Source: Selaginella moellendorffii
Taxonomy: Eukaryota > Plantae > Lycopodiophyta
Direction: 5' to 3'
Length of the DNA stretch: 64,000 nucleotides
Assembly: GCF_000143415.4 (NCBI RefSeq)
Contig: NW_003314290.1
Location: 983,586-1,047,585 of the forward strand
Shown: positions 51,299 to 62,850 of the stretch, one piece after another
How the letters are laid out: each line of letters starts with the position of its first letter
Position numbering within the stretch: the stretch's first letter is position 1
Translations under genes and position numbers: made by a program
Notes under the pieces: generated by a model
Told to the model about the DNA's origin: nothing
What the model saw: the letters and a program-made list of their open reading frames with translations, nothing else
Databases searched by the model: none

Positions 51299-53288
51299 CT
51301 ATCATGCCCTTTATGTTAGTCTCATTTCTGTCCCAAATACTATTTATGGAAAGTGTCCAGATTTGTTCATTTGGCATATCTACAGAATGTAGAGATCATC
51401 CTGAACACAATAGTGTTCGTCCCATGTCCAAATTCGCAATCTAGAGACATTCCATATTTAATAAGTTTCAAGCTTGTCCCAGAGACTAACTCCTAGTACT
51501 AAGGGAGGCTTGGGGTGAAAGCCCAAAGCGTGTGTTCCTCAAGGGGGGGGGGGGGGTTATGGGGGTTCCAAATGTATAGTAGAGATAGTGGGTAGGTCAG
51601 GCATGGCCGACCAACCTAAGGCATAGTCTAGCTCCCACTTGTATGCCTGTCTTTGTTCTGCGTCCAACTTGGGTATAAGCCCAAGTTCCATTCCATGCTA
51701 GCTGGTGGAGTACCCATGTCCTCGTGTTAGGCCACGGTATGCCGAAATAGTGCCAGATTCTGTTTGGCTCCGTTTTGCATGCTGGTCCTGGCAATGGGAT
51801 GCTGTTTGCTTTAGGACTGTTCCAAGTCACTTCAGGCTCTTGTCCCTTTGCTCCTTGTGCTATATACTCGGGAGTCGTTCCATGCTCCAATGCTAATGCT
51901 CCTTGGATCCATGCTTGGGAGTTTAGCGCCGTTCCTTTGTTCAGTGGCTCAAGGCCTTGAACCTCGGGTTCTGCACCACTATCCTTTGGACATGTGGTAT
52001 ATGACATGTGGCATGTGTCACGTGGCATAAAGAGGGTTTAGGTTCCGCTTCGTGGTGTTATCCTATGGTAAATCACCATAGGATAAAGGGTAAAATCCAC
52101 GTGTGCTACATTTGGTATCAGAGGATGAGTCTCGGTGAGTACTATCCAATGAGATTGGGCAACTAGTCTCATTGCATACGCAGAGATGAAAACGATGATC
52201 TGAGTGGGTACACGTTTGAGTGCAAAGGCTTCGCAATTGGTTCCTTGGGTATGGATATTGTTACCTTGTTGTACCTTATGATGTGAGCTTGCTCTTGGGC
52301 TCATAGGATGGATTTGAGGTGTTCCGTTCACACGAGTTTGTGCTTGGGCTCGTGAATGAGGCTCATTAGCAACTCAAGGTTACACTTTGAGTTGGCAGGA
52401 TTAATGTTAGCCTATCGGTGATTCCATAAGTTGTTCCTTGTACCGTGGGTGAAAGCAAACCTCCCTAGGTTTGCTATGAGTGGCAAATAGGCTGGTCCAT
52501 AGCTGTTTAACACAGCAATAGTGGATCCTTCTTAGGCATGATTATAAATTGATCAATTAAGACTATAGGGATTAGTCTATTGGTTCAATTAGTTATTGCC
52601 GTGCTCTCTCATAAACTTTTCTTAGATTGGACTGAAGTCAGTGTGAAAGCAAGCTTGAGGTTTAGTCAAAGATGAGACCGAAAAGAGAGTCGTCGGGGAC
52701 GAAAGATCAAACACGTAAATCATTTTCTCTTGGAGAGATGATTTGCAACGAGGTGTTGACTCATTGCTCGTGTTCATATCATGCAATTAAGAGTCCCTAC
52801 CTTGATGCATGTTGGAAATGATGGTTTTACAAATAGTGAGTTATGGGATGGATAGCAGTGAAGCACTATACCATGTTGTCTAGGCTTGCTATTAGAAGAC
52901 TGCAGTTACAATGCTCAATTCTTTCAAGAACTTTGCTATTGCTCATTGAGTAACTTGGTGTTGGATTAGTGTTGAGTTTGGTCGGATAAAGTGTGGCATG
53001 AGCTTGTCCATGTTATGAACAAAAGTTAGTGGTGTTCAGTGTTGTAAATCTCTATCAGTGGAGTGTGGCATTTATGTTGCATTTGTCGAATTGAGTTGGC
53101 ACTTGATGCTCACATAAACCTTTGAAGTAATGATATTGGCATTGCTCATGGTGTTGCTTAATTGATGATCAAATCATTGTGATACTTATATCATATCCAT
53201 GTGATAGTGAGCAATGTGTTTACGAAGTTGCTTGGTTAAACGATGATCAACCCCAAAGTGGTTGATGGTGATGTTAGTCTACTTGCAT

Positions 53289-53741
53289 CAGTGTTACGAA
53301 CACGGCCGGGATCCCGGCCGTGTTCACCGTGTTTCACGAACACGGCCATGGGTCGTGTTCCCACGGCCGTGTTCGTGAATAGTGGTTCGTGTTACTAACA
53401 CGGACCACTGTTCAGAATATTCTTGCGCGGAATATTCTGGTTTTAGGGCGCACGGCATCACACAACAATCCAGCCAAGGCGCACCATTTCAGGGCACAGC
53501 AGCAGCAATCCAAGGCAAACAAGCATGGTGCAGCAATCCAGCATACTGCGAAAGCATCCTTCTTCGCGAAATCATTCCTATAATAATATAATAAGAAATA
53601 GAATATAATTTTTAAATAACATATTCTTAGAATATTCAGTAGAATATTCGTGAGCCATCGTGGGCCGTGATCGTGTTCCGTGTTCGGGTTCCTGAAATCT
53701 GAGGCTCGTGTTCGTGTTCCGTGTTCGTGTTCGTAACTATG
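53289..53741. mobile_element. hAT-type MITE (453 bp)
   Basis: 8-bp TSD ACTTGCAT, imperfect TIRs CAGTGTTACGAACACG / CGTGTTCGTAACTATG, subterminal CGTGTTC repeats. Absent from the other family A copies. Confidence 0.93.
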
Positions 53742-56700
53742 ACTTGCATGAAGTAGCATTGTAGTAGCTTTGACTGGATTCTCGATGGTGGTCCATTATG
53801 CTAAGCTTAAGTTGGTTCCTTGTTTCCTTGAGTTTGCCCACTGAGATGTTGGAAAGGGTTATAGCATTCACTTGCTATAGCTTGTCAGTTGATCCGTTAA
53901 CACTTAGAGTAGATTGTTGGATGGAGAAGGTGTGTAGTTAAAACATTGACATCGCTAACACTTGTGTTAGTGAAAATGGCATTATTATTCTGATTGATGA
54001 GGAATTTTCCTTAGAGCTTGATTTTCCATGTCATTTTTCTTGTTAGTGTTTTGGCTTTACATTGGATCTTGAAAGTGGTTGAAGAAAAGTGTTAAGTGCA
54101 ATATGGATATCCGAAGATGTGGTCTTCATAATCAAGCCTTGGATGTTCACTTTGCATTTTACGGATGTCGGTGTTGGATGTCAGAAGTATGGGCAAAAAA
54201 AGATGTTCGAGGCTTAAGCATACTTTGGGACATGAGAATTTGTGTTGAGGTGAATCTATGTGAAGTTGTTTGTAGGAGGATGTTGGTTGAGTTTTTGAAA
54301 GTTTGCATTCCTGGACTGAGAGTCATTCTTTCACTAGGATGGAAAATTTTCCACAAATTTTCTTAGACTTTTCCAATAGTTGATCTGTTATCACTTTGTT
54401 CGAAAACCATTCCGTTTTCGTAAGCCAATACAAACTAGTGAATGGGTTGGAGTTGACTTCGGTTAGCTTAGACCTTAGTAGATAGTTTGTATGATGCAAC
54501 CCGAAAAGGATGTTGACTTTTGGGGCTAAAACAATTGAGTTGGATAGAGTCTGGAGTTGGTGTAGAAAAGTGGCTGTTGCGCTTTTCTAAGAAAGGTGAC
54601 CCTTGTGCCTTTCTTATGTAGTGTTATGGTTGGTGGTAGGTTGAACCTTGCATTTCGTTTAGACTCTATAAGAGTAGTGAGCTCTCACTGATCTTGACTT
54701 GGTCTTGGTGGTCCTGCGTCTTGGCTGAGGAAGGTGATGTCCAACTTAGTTGTTAAGGTTGAGATGTTGGTACCCGTACTATAACTTTGTCTAAATGGAG
54801 GTTGTGTACCGATATGGGTCCATCTCATAGTCTTCACTTTAGTTTCGACTGAGTGTTGATCATGCATAGCTAGTCTCTTCAAAGCATGCTCAGAGCTGTT
54901 GGCTAAACATGTTGGTGAGCTTATTGCGGTTGAGTTGAAGTTAAGTGGTCATTTAGTTCATGTTTATCCATGAACCTTTATCTCGACCTAGGTATCACGT
55001 TCATGTTGGTCAAATATATGACTTGATAGCAAGAGTTTAATGTTTGGGTCTTGTGAAGGCGAGTTGAAGGGTGATTGTTGGTTGCTTTGCAACTAGTGAT
55101 TGCTTGTAGACTTTGTTGAAGACTGTTAATACGTGCTTCACTCGATGATGATTTAGCAATGATAAACTTGCTTTACTGAATGGTGTTGCGGAGGATCATG
55201 TCGTTAGACTTACATGGGTTTTCCATGTTGGCATGTCGATTCTACCTTTGTCGATATCATTTGATAGCATTTAGTCCATAGTGTTGGATTTGATTGAGTC
55301 TTGGATGTGGTGATTCACTCCTTGAGGAAGTGTTATCTATAACTGAGTTTTGCTGAAGAATTGGTCTTGGATACTAAGTAAAGTATCTTCGACCTTGGTT
55401 AGCTTGGTTGCTGGAGAGCTTTGAGTGGTGATTCAATCTTGCTTTCTTTTAGCTTTGTTATAATGTTGATGGCATTGAAGTGATGCTTTGTCATTGATGT
55501 TATTGATGTTGAGATTCAAGTGAGATGAGATGTCTATTCTTAGGATTGATATTGAGTTTCATTAGTTTCGATAGAGATAGTGTTGATGATTTGGTTGTAG
55601 CTTTGTATTATTAGTATTCGCGCATTTGCTAGTTAGCAACTATGTTGATGTTCAAATGAACTGAATGGCAAGTTTGAGTTAGTTGTGTTCTAGATGAAAT
55701 TATTTAGTAGGGGTTGAGCTTTGGCTTTTTCTTGAAAAGTGATTCAATCATGGCCTATGCTAACTTTACAAATGGAAGAGTTAGTGATTGATATTGGAAT
55801 GTTTGAATCCTTATTGGATTTTAGTTGCAATATATTGATCATGGATGAATTTTCTTGTGCTTGTTATGAAGTGAGTTATGTCTTGCTATAAATGGATTTA
55901 TGGAAGATCGTTTAGTAATCACTTGTTGAGCATAGTTTCATTATGCTTGGTTTTTGAATTGATGCAAATCTGCTCTTCATTAGCTTTGCATTATGAAGTT
56001 TAGCTTATGGATGTGTTGAGGAGAATATTGTGGATTAAGCCATGATTTCTTCTTTAGCATTGAAGTTAGTTCATGCAAAACTTGTGATCATTGTTAAGCA
56101 AGATTTGGCTATAGGCTTCTTTGAGCTTTTGGTTCTTTGAGTTTTATGCTCATTATTCCATTTGTTAGAAGTTGTTGGGGAAGGCATTTTGGCTTCTAGC
56201 TTTCACATTAAAGTTAGTATTTGCATGTGGCAATCATTGGTGATGATTGACTATCATCTAGATAGTTGATTATCTTTGTCAAAAAGTTTTGCTTGATTAT
56301 TGTTGATATAGAATGATTCGTTATTCTTTCGGATGGTGGATTCCTTCTTTGATGATGATAATGCATATCTCTTTTTGATGGGGTGATTGATGATCTTTTA
56401 TGCTGGTTAATTGTTCTTTTTGATAGCTTTTGCTTTTTCGCAATACCACATGTTCTTTGTGGTTTGCTTTGGATTGGTCTCTTGGGTTTGAGACATTCAT
56501 AGGATGTTGCTGACACTTGCTTAAGCAACTCTGGTTTTTTCGTATTGTTGACTGAGATCTATTCAGATTGGCTTTTGTGATAGTTGGCATGAATGGGTGT
56601 TTGTTGGTCTTCCTACATTCATTCTGTTCTGTTGATCATTGCTTGAGTTAGTTCTGATAGATTTGAATGTTATTTCTTTTGGGTGATACATTCACAAGCA

Positions 56701-58540
56701 TTTTTCTTGCCAATTGATAATACTTTGTGTTCTTTGAGTTATCTTTGGTAAATTGTTTGGCATACTGTCTGCCATCTTCGGTAGTTAAGTTTCATCATTG
56801 AGTTTCCTTGATGTTATATTTGCTATTGAATTTTGTTGGATGGTGATTCCTATATTTACTAATTATGATGATTTTGGTGGTTTCTGTACTATAATACTTG
56901 TTTATCAGATGATACCTTACTTGGAATACTCTTGTGTTCTAGTATAAGATTTATTCACTGATAATTAAATCTCTAAGATATTATTGTCTATGACTTTGAT
57001 ACTGTCCATCTATTGCTCTTTGAGTTTAGGCCAGTATAGGCAGACTAGCTTTGGCACTTCATGTCTCTAGATGTTGAAATCTTTAGTCATGGGGTAACTA
57101 CTGTCGATTGGTCACATAACCCGCCTCTTTATCGATGTTCCTTATTCTATTAAAAGGGCGTGACTGTGTAAACAATTCTAACTGCCTGTTTACAGTAGTC
57201 TATCTAAACCTTACTAACGGGTTAGATTCTCTCTCTATGTTCCTGCGGGCAGGAGCATATCACACTTTTGTAAGCTAGGTGACTCCCAGAGCAGCAAGGG
57301 TGGCTGACTCCATTGGTCATTTCCTTGTCGGCGATGGCCGGAAGGTGTCTAAGCTGGTAGCGCATCCGCGTTAGATAAAGAGGTTGCCTCCTAACTCATT
57401 TAAGTTGGTGCATTTCTCACATAGTGTGAATACCGTGAACTTTTTCTAGAGTTGTTTCCTTGGCGGTATTCTAGACTCGAGTATGCATCGACGAGGACGT
57501 CGATCTTCCCTAGGGGGGGAGAGTATCGCGAATGTGACTTCAGGTATTAAAAGTTACCTGTCGACCAGTCCTTATGGACACTCTTACCTTACTGCCACAA
57601 TGGCAGGAGGTCGATATTGTTGGACCCTTTATCAGTCCCTCTTGTGCTAGTGGAATTAACTGGGCATTTCGAGTGTACTTAGACCAGACGAGCATAAGGA
57701 CGGAATTCCTACGTATTATTAACTAAGCATACTTAGCCCGGTAAGAAGTTCCCATCTCGTTTTGTCTTGCACTGGCTAGTGACAAGAACCTTCGCGTATT
57801 GAGATTAGTCCCTCAATATCACTACATGATAGCTTACTGTGTCTGCCAAACACCCTCGCTATCATGCCCTTTGTGTTAGTAAGCTCTATTTTGTTAAAGT
57901 GGGATTTATTCAATAAAATGGGACTAGGTACAAATTTTCAAGTATTTGAAAATGACGTGAAATTATATGTTTTTTGTCCAGGGGCTAGACATATCTGGGG
58001 CATGGTGACTAGCGCGGTGACTTTGTGTCCAGACTGAGTCCATCTGGTTGTATAATAAATCTCATTGTCAAGGTGAACAAGCCGAATCTGAAGTTAAAGA
58101 AGAGCGATGGCATGCGCGCACACACTATTTGTTTGTTCATTGAGCGTGTGGTGAGCTTTCCAAGATGAACGTCATTCCTATTAGCCAGACATATAACTTA
58201 ATGGTCAGAACATTTAGATATTATTCAATGTTATCTTTTTCTAACGAATCTAATTGTGAAGGTGTAGCAAGAGGCATTGCTAGTCTGGAGAAGTCATTTA
58301 ACTCATTTGACCCTTAGTGTATTTTCATGAAACTAAATAACATTCATATTATTAAGGAATTTCTCTAGTACCTTTTTTTTACGACATAGAGGCTTGCATT
58401 TCTTTCAAAGGTGATTTAGTAAAAGGCCTGAGGGCACATGCCATTCTATTTCTCAAACCGGTATTAAGATATACTAGTGCAAAGGGAAAAAGGTATTTGG
58501 TGATCAAGTAAATGGCATGAGGGCACACGCCATTATAAGC

Positions 58541-58798
58541 CTAAGCGCTAGTGGACACCTCCTTTTTGGTACTCTCAGCGGTACTATCATCCTTCTCCGG
58601 GTCAGTTGTTTTGCTTTGGATTGTTGTCTCTGACGTTACTGGGGCGTTCTCGATAGTTGTTAATGTTGCCGTTTGTTCAGAAAAATGATCACCTGGAGTA
58701 TAGTACGGGGAGTTTGGAAGACTTATATATTCTACATCTTCACCTATCTCCTTCTCTGTCTCCTTTTCTGCCTCACTTACAGATTTTGTGCTTGCCAT
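58541..58798 (-). CDS. Hypothetical 85-aa acidic, Ser/Thr-rich protein downstream of the transposase
   Basis: Open frame MASTKSVSEAEKETEKEIGEDVEYISLPNSPYYTPG...; no recognised homology. Confidence 0.3.
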   Translation of the reverse strand: MASTKSVSEAEKETEKEIGEDVEYISLPNSPYYTPGDHFSEQTATLTTIENAPVTSETTIQSKTTDPEKDDSTAESTKKEVSTSA

Positions 58799-59078
58799 GA
58801 GAACGCTCTTCACCCTAAAATATGGAGTTCGTTGTGTTATAAAAGGAAACCAACACACATGCTGCAAGGGAATGATGGTACATAAAGCACGTAAGCCCAC
58901 AATATGGGTTTATGTGCCATTAATATGGGCCACACGCCATATTATTAGATTTATGCACGTGTGATTGGTAAATGCATATGTCACATCATCTCAAGCCACA
59001 TGCCATCACGCCTCCTCTGATTCAGATTCGGATTGTTCACCTTGAAATAAAATACATTAGAAACTTAGTAAAGGAATA

Positions 59079-62000
59079 TTAATGAATCTCACCTTGAACC
59101 CGGGTTATGAATGCTCTTGCTGCATCTCTTGCATGGTCTGGCAAGGTGATGGTGGCACTCTGCTTCCGCATCCAACCATGCACAACATTATCCACCGATA
59201 TGCTCATGCTGGGATCCTTTGGATTCAGCACCCATCTCTTTTCTAGGCAATCCTTCGTATATCCGGAACTTGGCTTGAACCACTCCACAGTTACATTGAA
59301 GGAGTTAGTTTCCGCGTCCTCCTCTGCATCAGTGATGCAGCGCCCCACCCATATCATTTGTTTTTTATTACTGGGTCTGACAAGCACAACCATTCCTTTG
59401 CAGACCTGTACTGGATTGAATGCTGAATCCGGCTTCTTGTTCCTTGGCCCACAATAGTGATCCTCAACATCGTTATCTGTCACTGCATTTCCAGAGGACA
59501 TTGTTCCGCTACTATCTGGTGCTCTGGGTTCTGGCCAAAAGGACTCTTCCAATTCTTCATATACAACCGGCCCATTTTGGATAGCAGATATAATCTTCTC
59601 CCAGTATTCGATCAAAGGCTTGCACCTCTGAAAATAGGATTCTCCACCAAACACCAACCCCCTCTTCCAGAAGGCAATATGCTGTCTAACCCCGGCCACT
59701 ATACTTTCCTGGTCTTTGAGTCCATCCGGGTGCATCGGCCGTGGGGAACCTTGAGGAATCATAGGTTCCCCAGTTATGGGATCTCTCTTGAAGAGTTCAA
59801 TGCCGTCCACTGGTAGCCACACTGTGTCCCATTCTCTCATCTTGTACCTCATCACTGGAGCACCGTCACGCATGCTGAAATGAAACTGAAGAGGCTTGGA
59901 GTGGCCAATCAGCGTTTTGGATCCGTCCCTGATGTAGCCTCTTACAAACCCCTTAAAGTCTAGAACCTCTGTCACAAGTGTAGCTTCAACAGTGCCTTTG
60001 ATGCAATTTTGGAATTCATCGTAGAGTTGTGGGAGGGTGAGGACATTGGATCGCCGAAGGGACTCTGCCAGGTGACTGAACATGGCATCGACGTCTTCAT
60101 GAGTGTGCCCAACCATGAGAAAGCCAAGTGTAACCGTTTCAAATATGCCTTTGGCAACAAGCATTGCCAAGTACGCGAAGACGTACATGTTTTTGTTCTC
60201 ACTGCCAGCATTGTCTGTTTGGAGCAGAAGATGGGGTGGAAGGCCACATCGGTCGCAAGAACTTCCTTGAGATTCTGCTTCATTTGGATGAGGCTGTGCA
60301 TTCACCAGGCGACCAGCCTCGTCGGAATGGCATGAGGCCTCACGTGACAACCCTACAATCTGACGGCCAACATATTCACTGGGATGGCATGGGGCCTCAC
60401 GCGATACTGCAAGCCTTTGCTCCTCCTCCAGCTGAACCCTGTATGGGGTTCGATCGACAAGGGCCTTATGCAAGGGTTGGCCGTTCAGCTCAGCCTGTGC
60501 ACTTTGTAGAGACCTTAAGTGTTTTGCTAGGGACGCAATCATCATGTTTGCACCCCCGCCACCCCATAAAGGTACAAAGAAGTTCCCATAGTTCTGGGCA
60601 CCATGCCCATGAGCGATTATGCCAAACAGAGACACAGGCAGCTGCATGGATGAAGAGATTGCCTTGGGGGCAGGATTGAGTCGAGGTAAGCACGTCTTTT
60701 TCTGGTCCATTTTGTCGTGGATGATGCAGAGGTAAGAGTCAGGTCTCTCCATGGAGAGAATTCTGTTATGATAATATGCAGTCCTACAGCTTCTCTGCTC
60801 GATGTTGTGGTCGAGCCGCCTTCTAACCAACGTCTCTCGCTCTTGAGCGCTGCAAGAATTCTTCGACAAAGCCATTCTAATAGTAGTGCACTCGTCACAC
60901 TTTGAAAAGCTGGAGTTCTTTCCTATACTCACATCCCTGAACCTGTTGCTCCACAATCTACTAAATCTAGATTGGCTCAGCTTCCTGTAGCCATTACTCT
61001 GGAGTTCCCAATTCACATCTTCCAATATGGCCCCCTTGGTATACATGGAAGGGAGAACTCGTTGGGTGTCTCGTGTTCCATCTTCCAAGAGGCGGGTTTT
61101 ATGTGGTTGCTGCTCGCTACATGTCTCGCCAAACCTCTTAAAGATTGCCTCTCCATATACAACATGACCCCTGGTTTTGTGCGTACCGTCGTTCCCATGG
61201 ACTGCCTGTTGAACCCTTTGTTCCTCGAACTCAATTTTGATTCTGTAGAATGTGGTTCGAGGGACTCCATAAATGATTCTCTATGCCTTCATGCAGACCA
61301 AACCCCTCTGGAAGACCATGCCCCCCACCTGATGTTCTGAAGCATCAACAGATGACCGTAATGCCTCATACACAAAATTGCGAGCTGCCTTCCAGGACAA
61401 TGTCTTGTATCTTGCTCTCTCCTCTTCAATAGCATCCCAATCAGCATGTTGACAACACCTCCTCTTGCAACAAGCAACTGTCGAGACTATTCGAACCTCC
61501 ATCGCCATTTTCTGCCTTTTCGGTTCATTGCTCAGATCCCTTTGGCTGCGCTTTAGGAAGGTGTACTTTCTTTTCCCATGAAGAGATGTTCTGTCATCAG
61601 TTGTAGTGGTGTTTGATTGTGAATCCTTCACATTCTCAAACACTAAGTGCCTCAATTTCCACCGCACAATGCTTCCAATAGTTAGACTGTTTTCTTCTGT
61701 GTCAACAACCTCTAAAATCGCAACTCCAATATCATCCCAGCCCAATTCTTGATTAGCAACCGCATCTCTTGGATCGACAACTGTGGCTAAGCCCTCAGCT
61801 ACCACCTCCCCCTCGGGGTTGTTTAGAAACACCTTTGCCTGAATCCATGTAGCACGGTTCTTAAGATCCACGGAGGGAACATGTGTTGCACTTGCGCTGT
61901 CCCCAACATCTGCTTTCTTCTGAAGATTTTTCAAGGCAACAACAACATTTACCCCGACGACCATCTCTCCTCGTTCAATAGCGACCACATTCCCATCGAA

Positions 62001-62147
62001 GACAGTCTCTACTGATACAGCAGCATTGCCTTCCCCAAGCCTTTGACAGTGTATAACAAAGTTCCGATCCATACACACAAGGGTCCCTTTTGCAACTCTC
62101 TTCCCACCATTCAAAATGTAAACCTTTTCCCCAACCCTAAAGGCCAT
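59079..62147 (-). pseudogene. ~1022-codon DDE/D transposase-like ORF (Sola-like/DUF7869) with a single premature stop
   Basis: ORFs 61281-62147 and 59079-61088 are in the same frame, and the gap is open except for TAG at 61281-61283 (VCMKA*RIIYGV, likely W). Motifs: CCKRRCC, FSKCDEC, IIHDKMDQKK, LQTDNAGSENKN, FLMVGHTHEDVDAMFS. Confidence 0.85.
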
Positions 62148-62335
62148 TCTGAAAGTGCAGAAAAGAAGTTAAGACCATACAAAAAATGATTGAAGAATGG
62201 CCTAAATCATAACATACCAAACAACCTCAATAGCATGAGGCCACATGCCATTATTCAAACATGCTATTGACACCCACGTGAAATTTCGCATTCACAAAAT
62301 TGGCATGAACCCTCATGCCATTAGTGGTACCACTA

Positions 62336-62527
62336 ATGGCATGAGGCCTCACGCTATCTTTGGCCCCTGCTAGCCTGTTGCTATATTCCTTTTGCCTTGC
62401 TGCAACTGTATATATTTTTGTGTGCGTGACTAGTCACCCATACAAAAATATATACAGTTGTAGCAAAGCAAAAGGAATATGGCAATAGGCTAGCAGGGGC
62501 CAAAGATGGCATGAGGCCTCATGCCAT
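62336..62527. repeat. 192-bp near-perfect palindrome (hairpin)
   Basis: 96-bp arms centred on GTGACTAGTCAC, with about 8 mismatches, mostly transitions. Confidence 0.95.
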
Positions 62528-62721
62528 CTTGATATACACACAGCTGCAGGCAAGTAAACACATACATGACAATACGCTAGCCATGAAATTGCAAGGGCCC
62601 AAGATGGCATGTGGCCTCATGCCATTTCTAAATGTGGTCCTAAGCCATTCCATGGTGAACATACCAGGAAGCACAAGTGCCGAATATCAAGAGGAAGCAG
62701 TAGCCACACCAAAGACAGTGC

Positions 62722-62850
62722 TGCTCGCAACACTGCAACTACTCGTAGCGCCGCTCGCAACACCACAACTGCTCGTAGCGCCGCTCGCACAAACTGCCAC
62801 TCGCATAAACTGCTGCTCGCAATGGCGCTCGCAATGCCGCAACCGCTCGT
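62722..62850 (+). repeat. GC-rich tandem repeats (GCTCGCA motif, 30-bp unit x2 plus partial copies)
   Basis: Read directly from the sequence. Confidence 0.8.

Larger units (their letters stand above)
48141..57880 (+). mobile_element. Family A LARD copy with nested solo LTR and MITE; 3' LTR cut at 57880
   Basis: 5' LTR 48141-52110 (split by the insertion), PBS at ~52113, collinear interior, PPT, and 3' LTR 57524-57880. Confidence 0.88.

Noticed and set aside
61281-62147. Separate 288-aa gene, or programmed stop readthrough
   Set aside because: It is in frame with the downstream ORF and the stop falls where Trp fits, so a G>A mutation is the simpler explanation.
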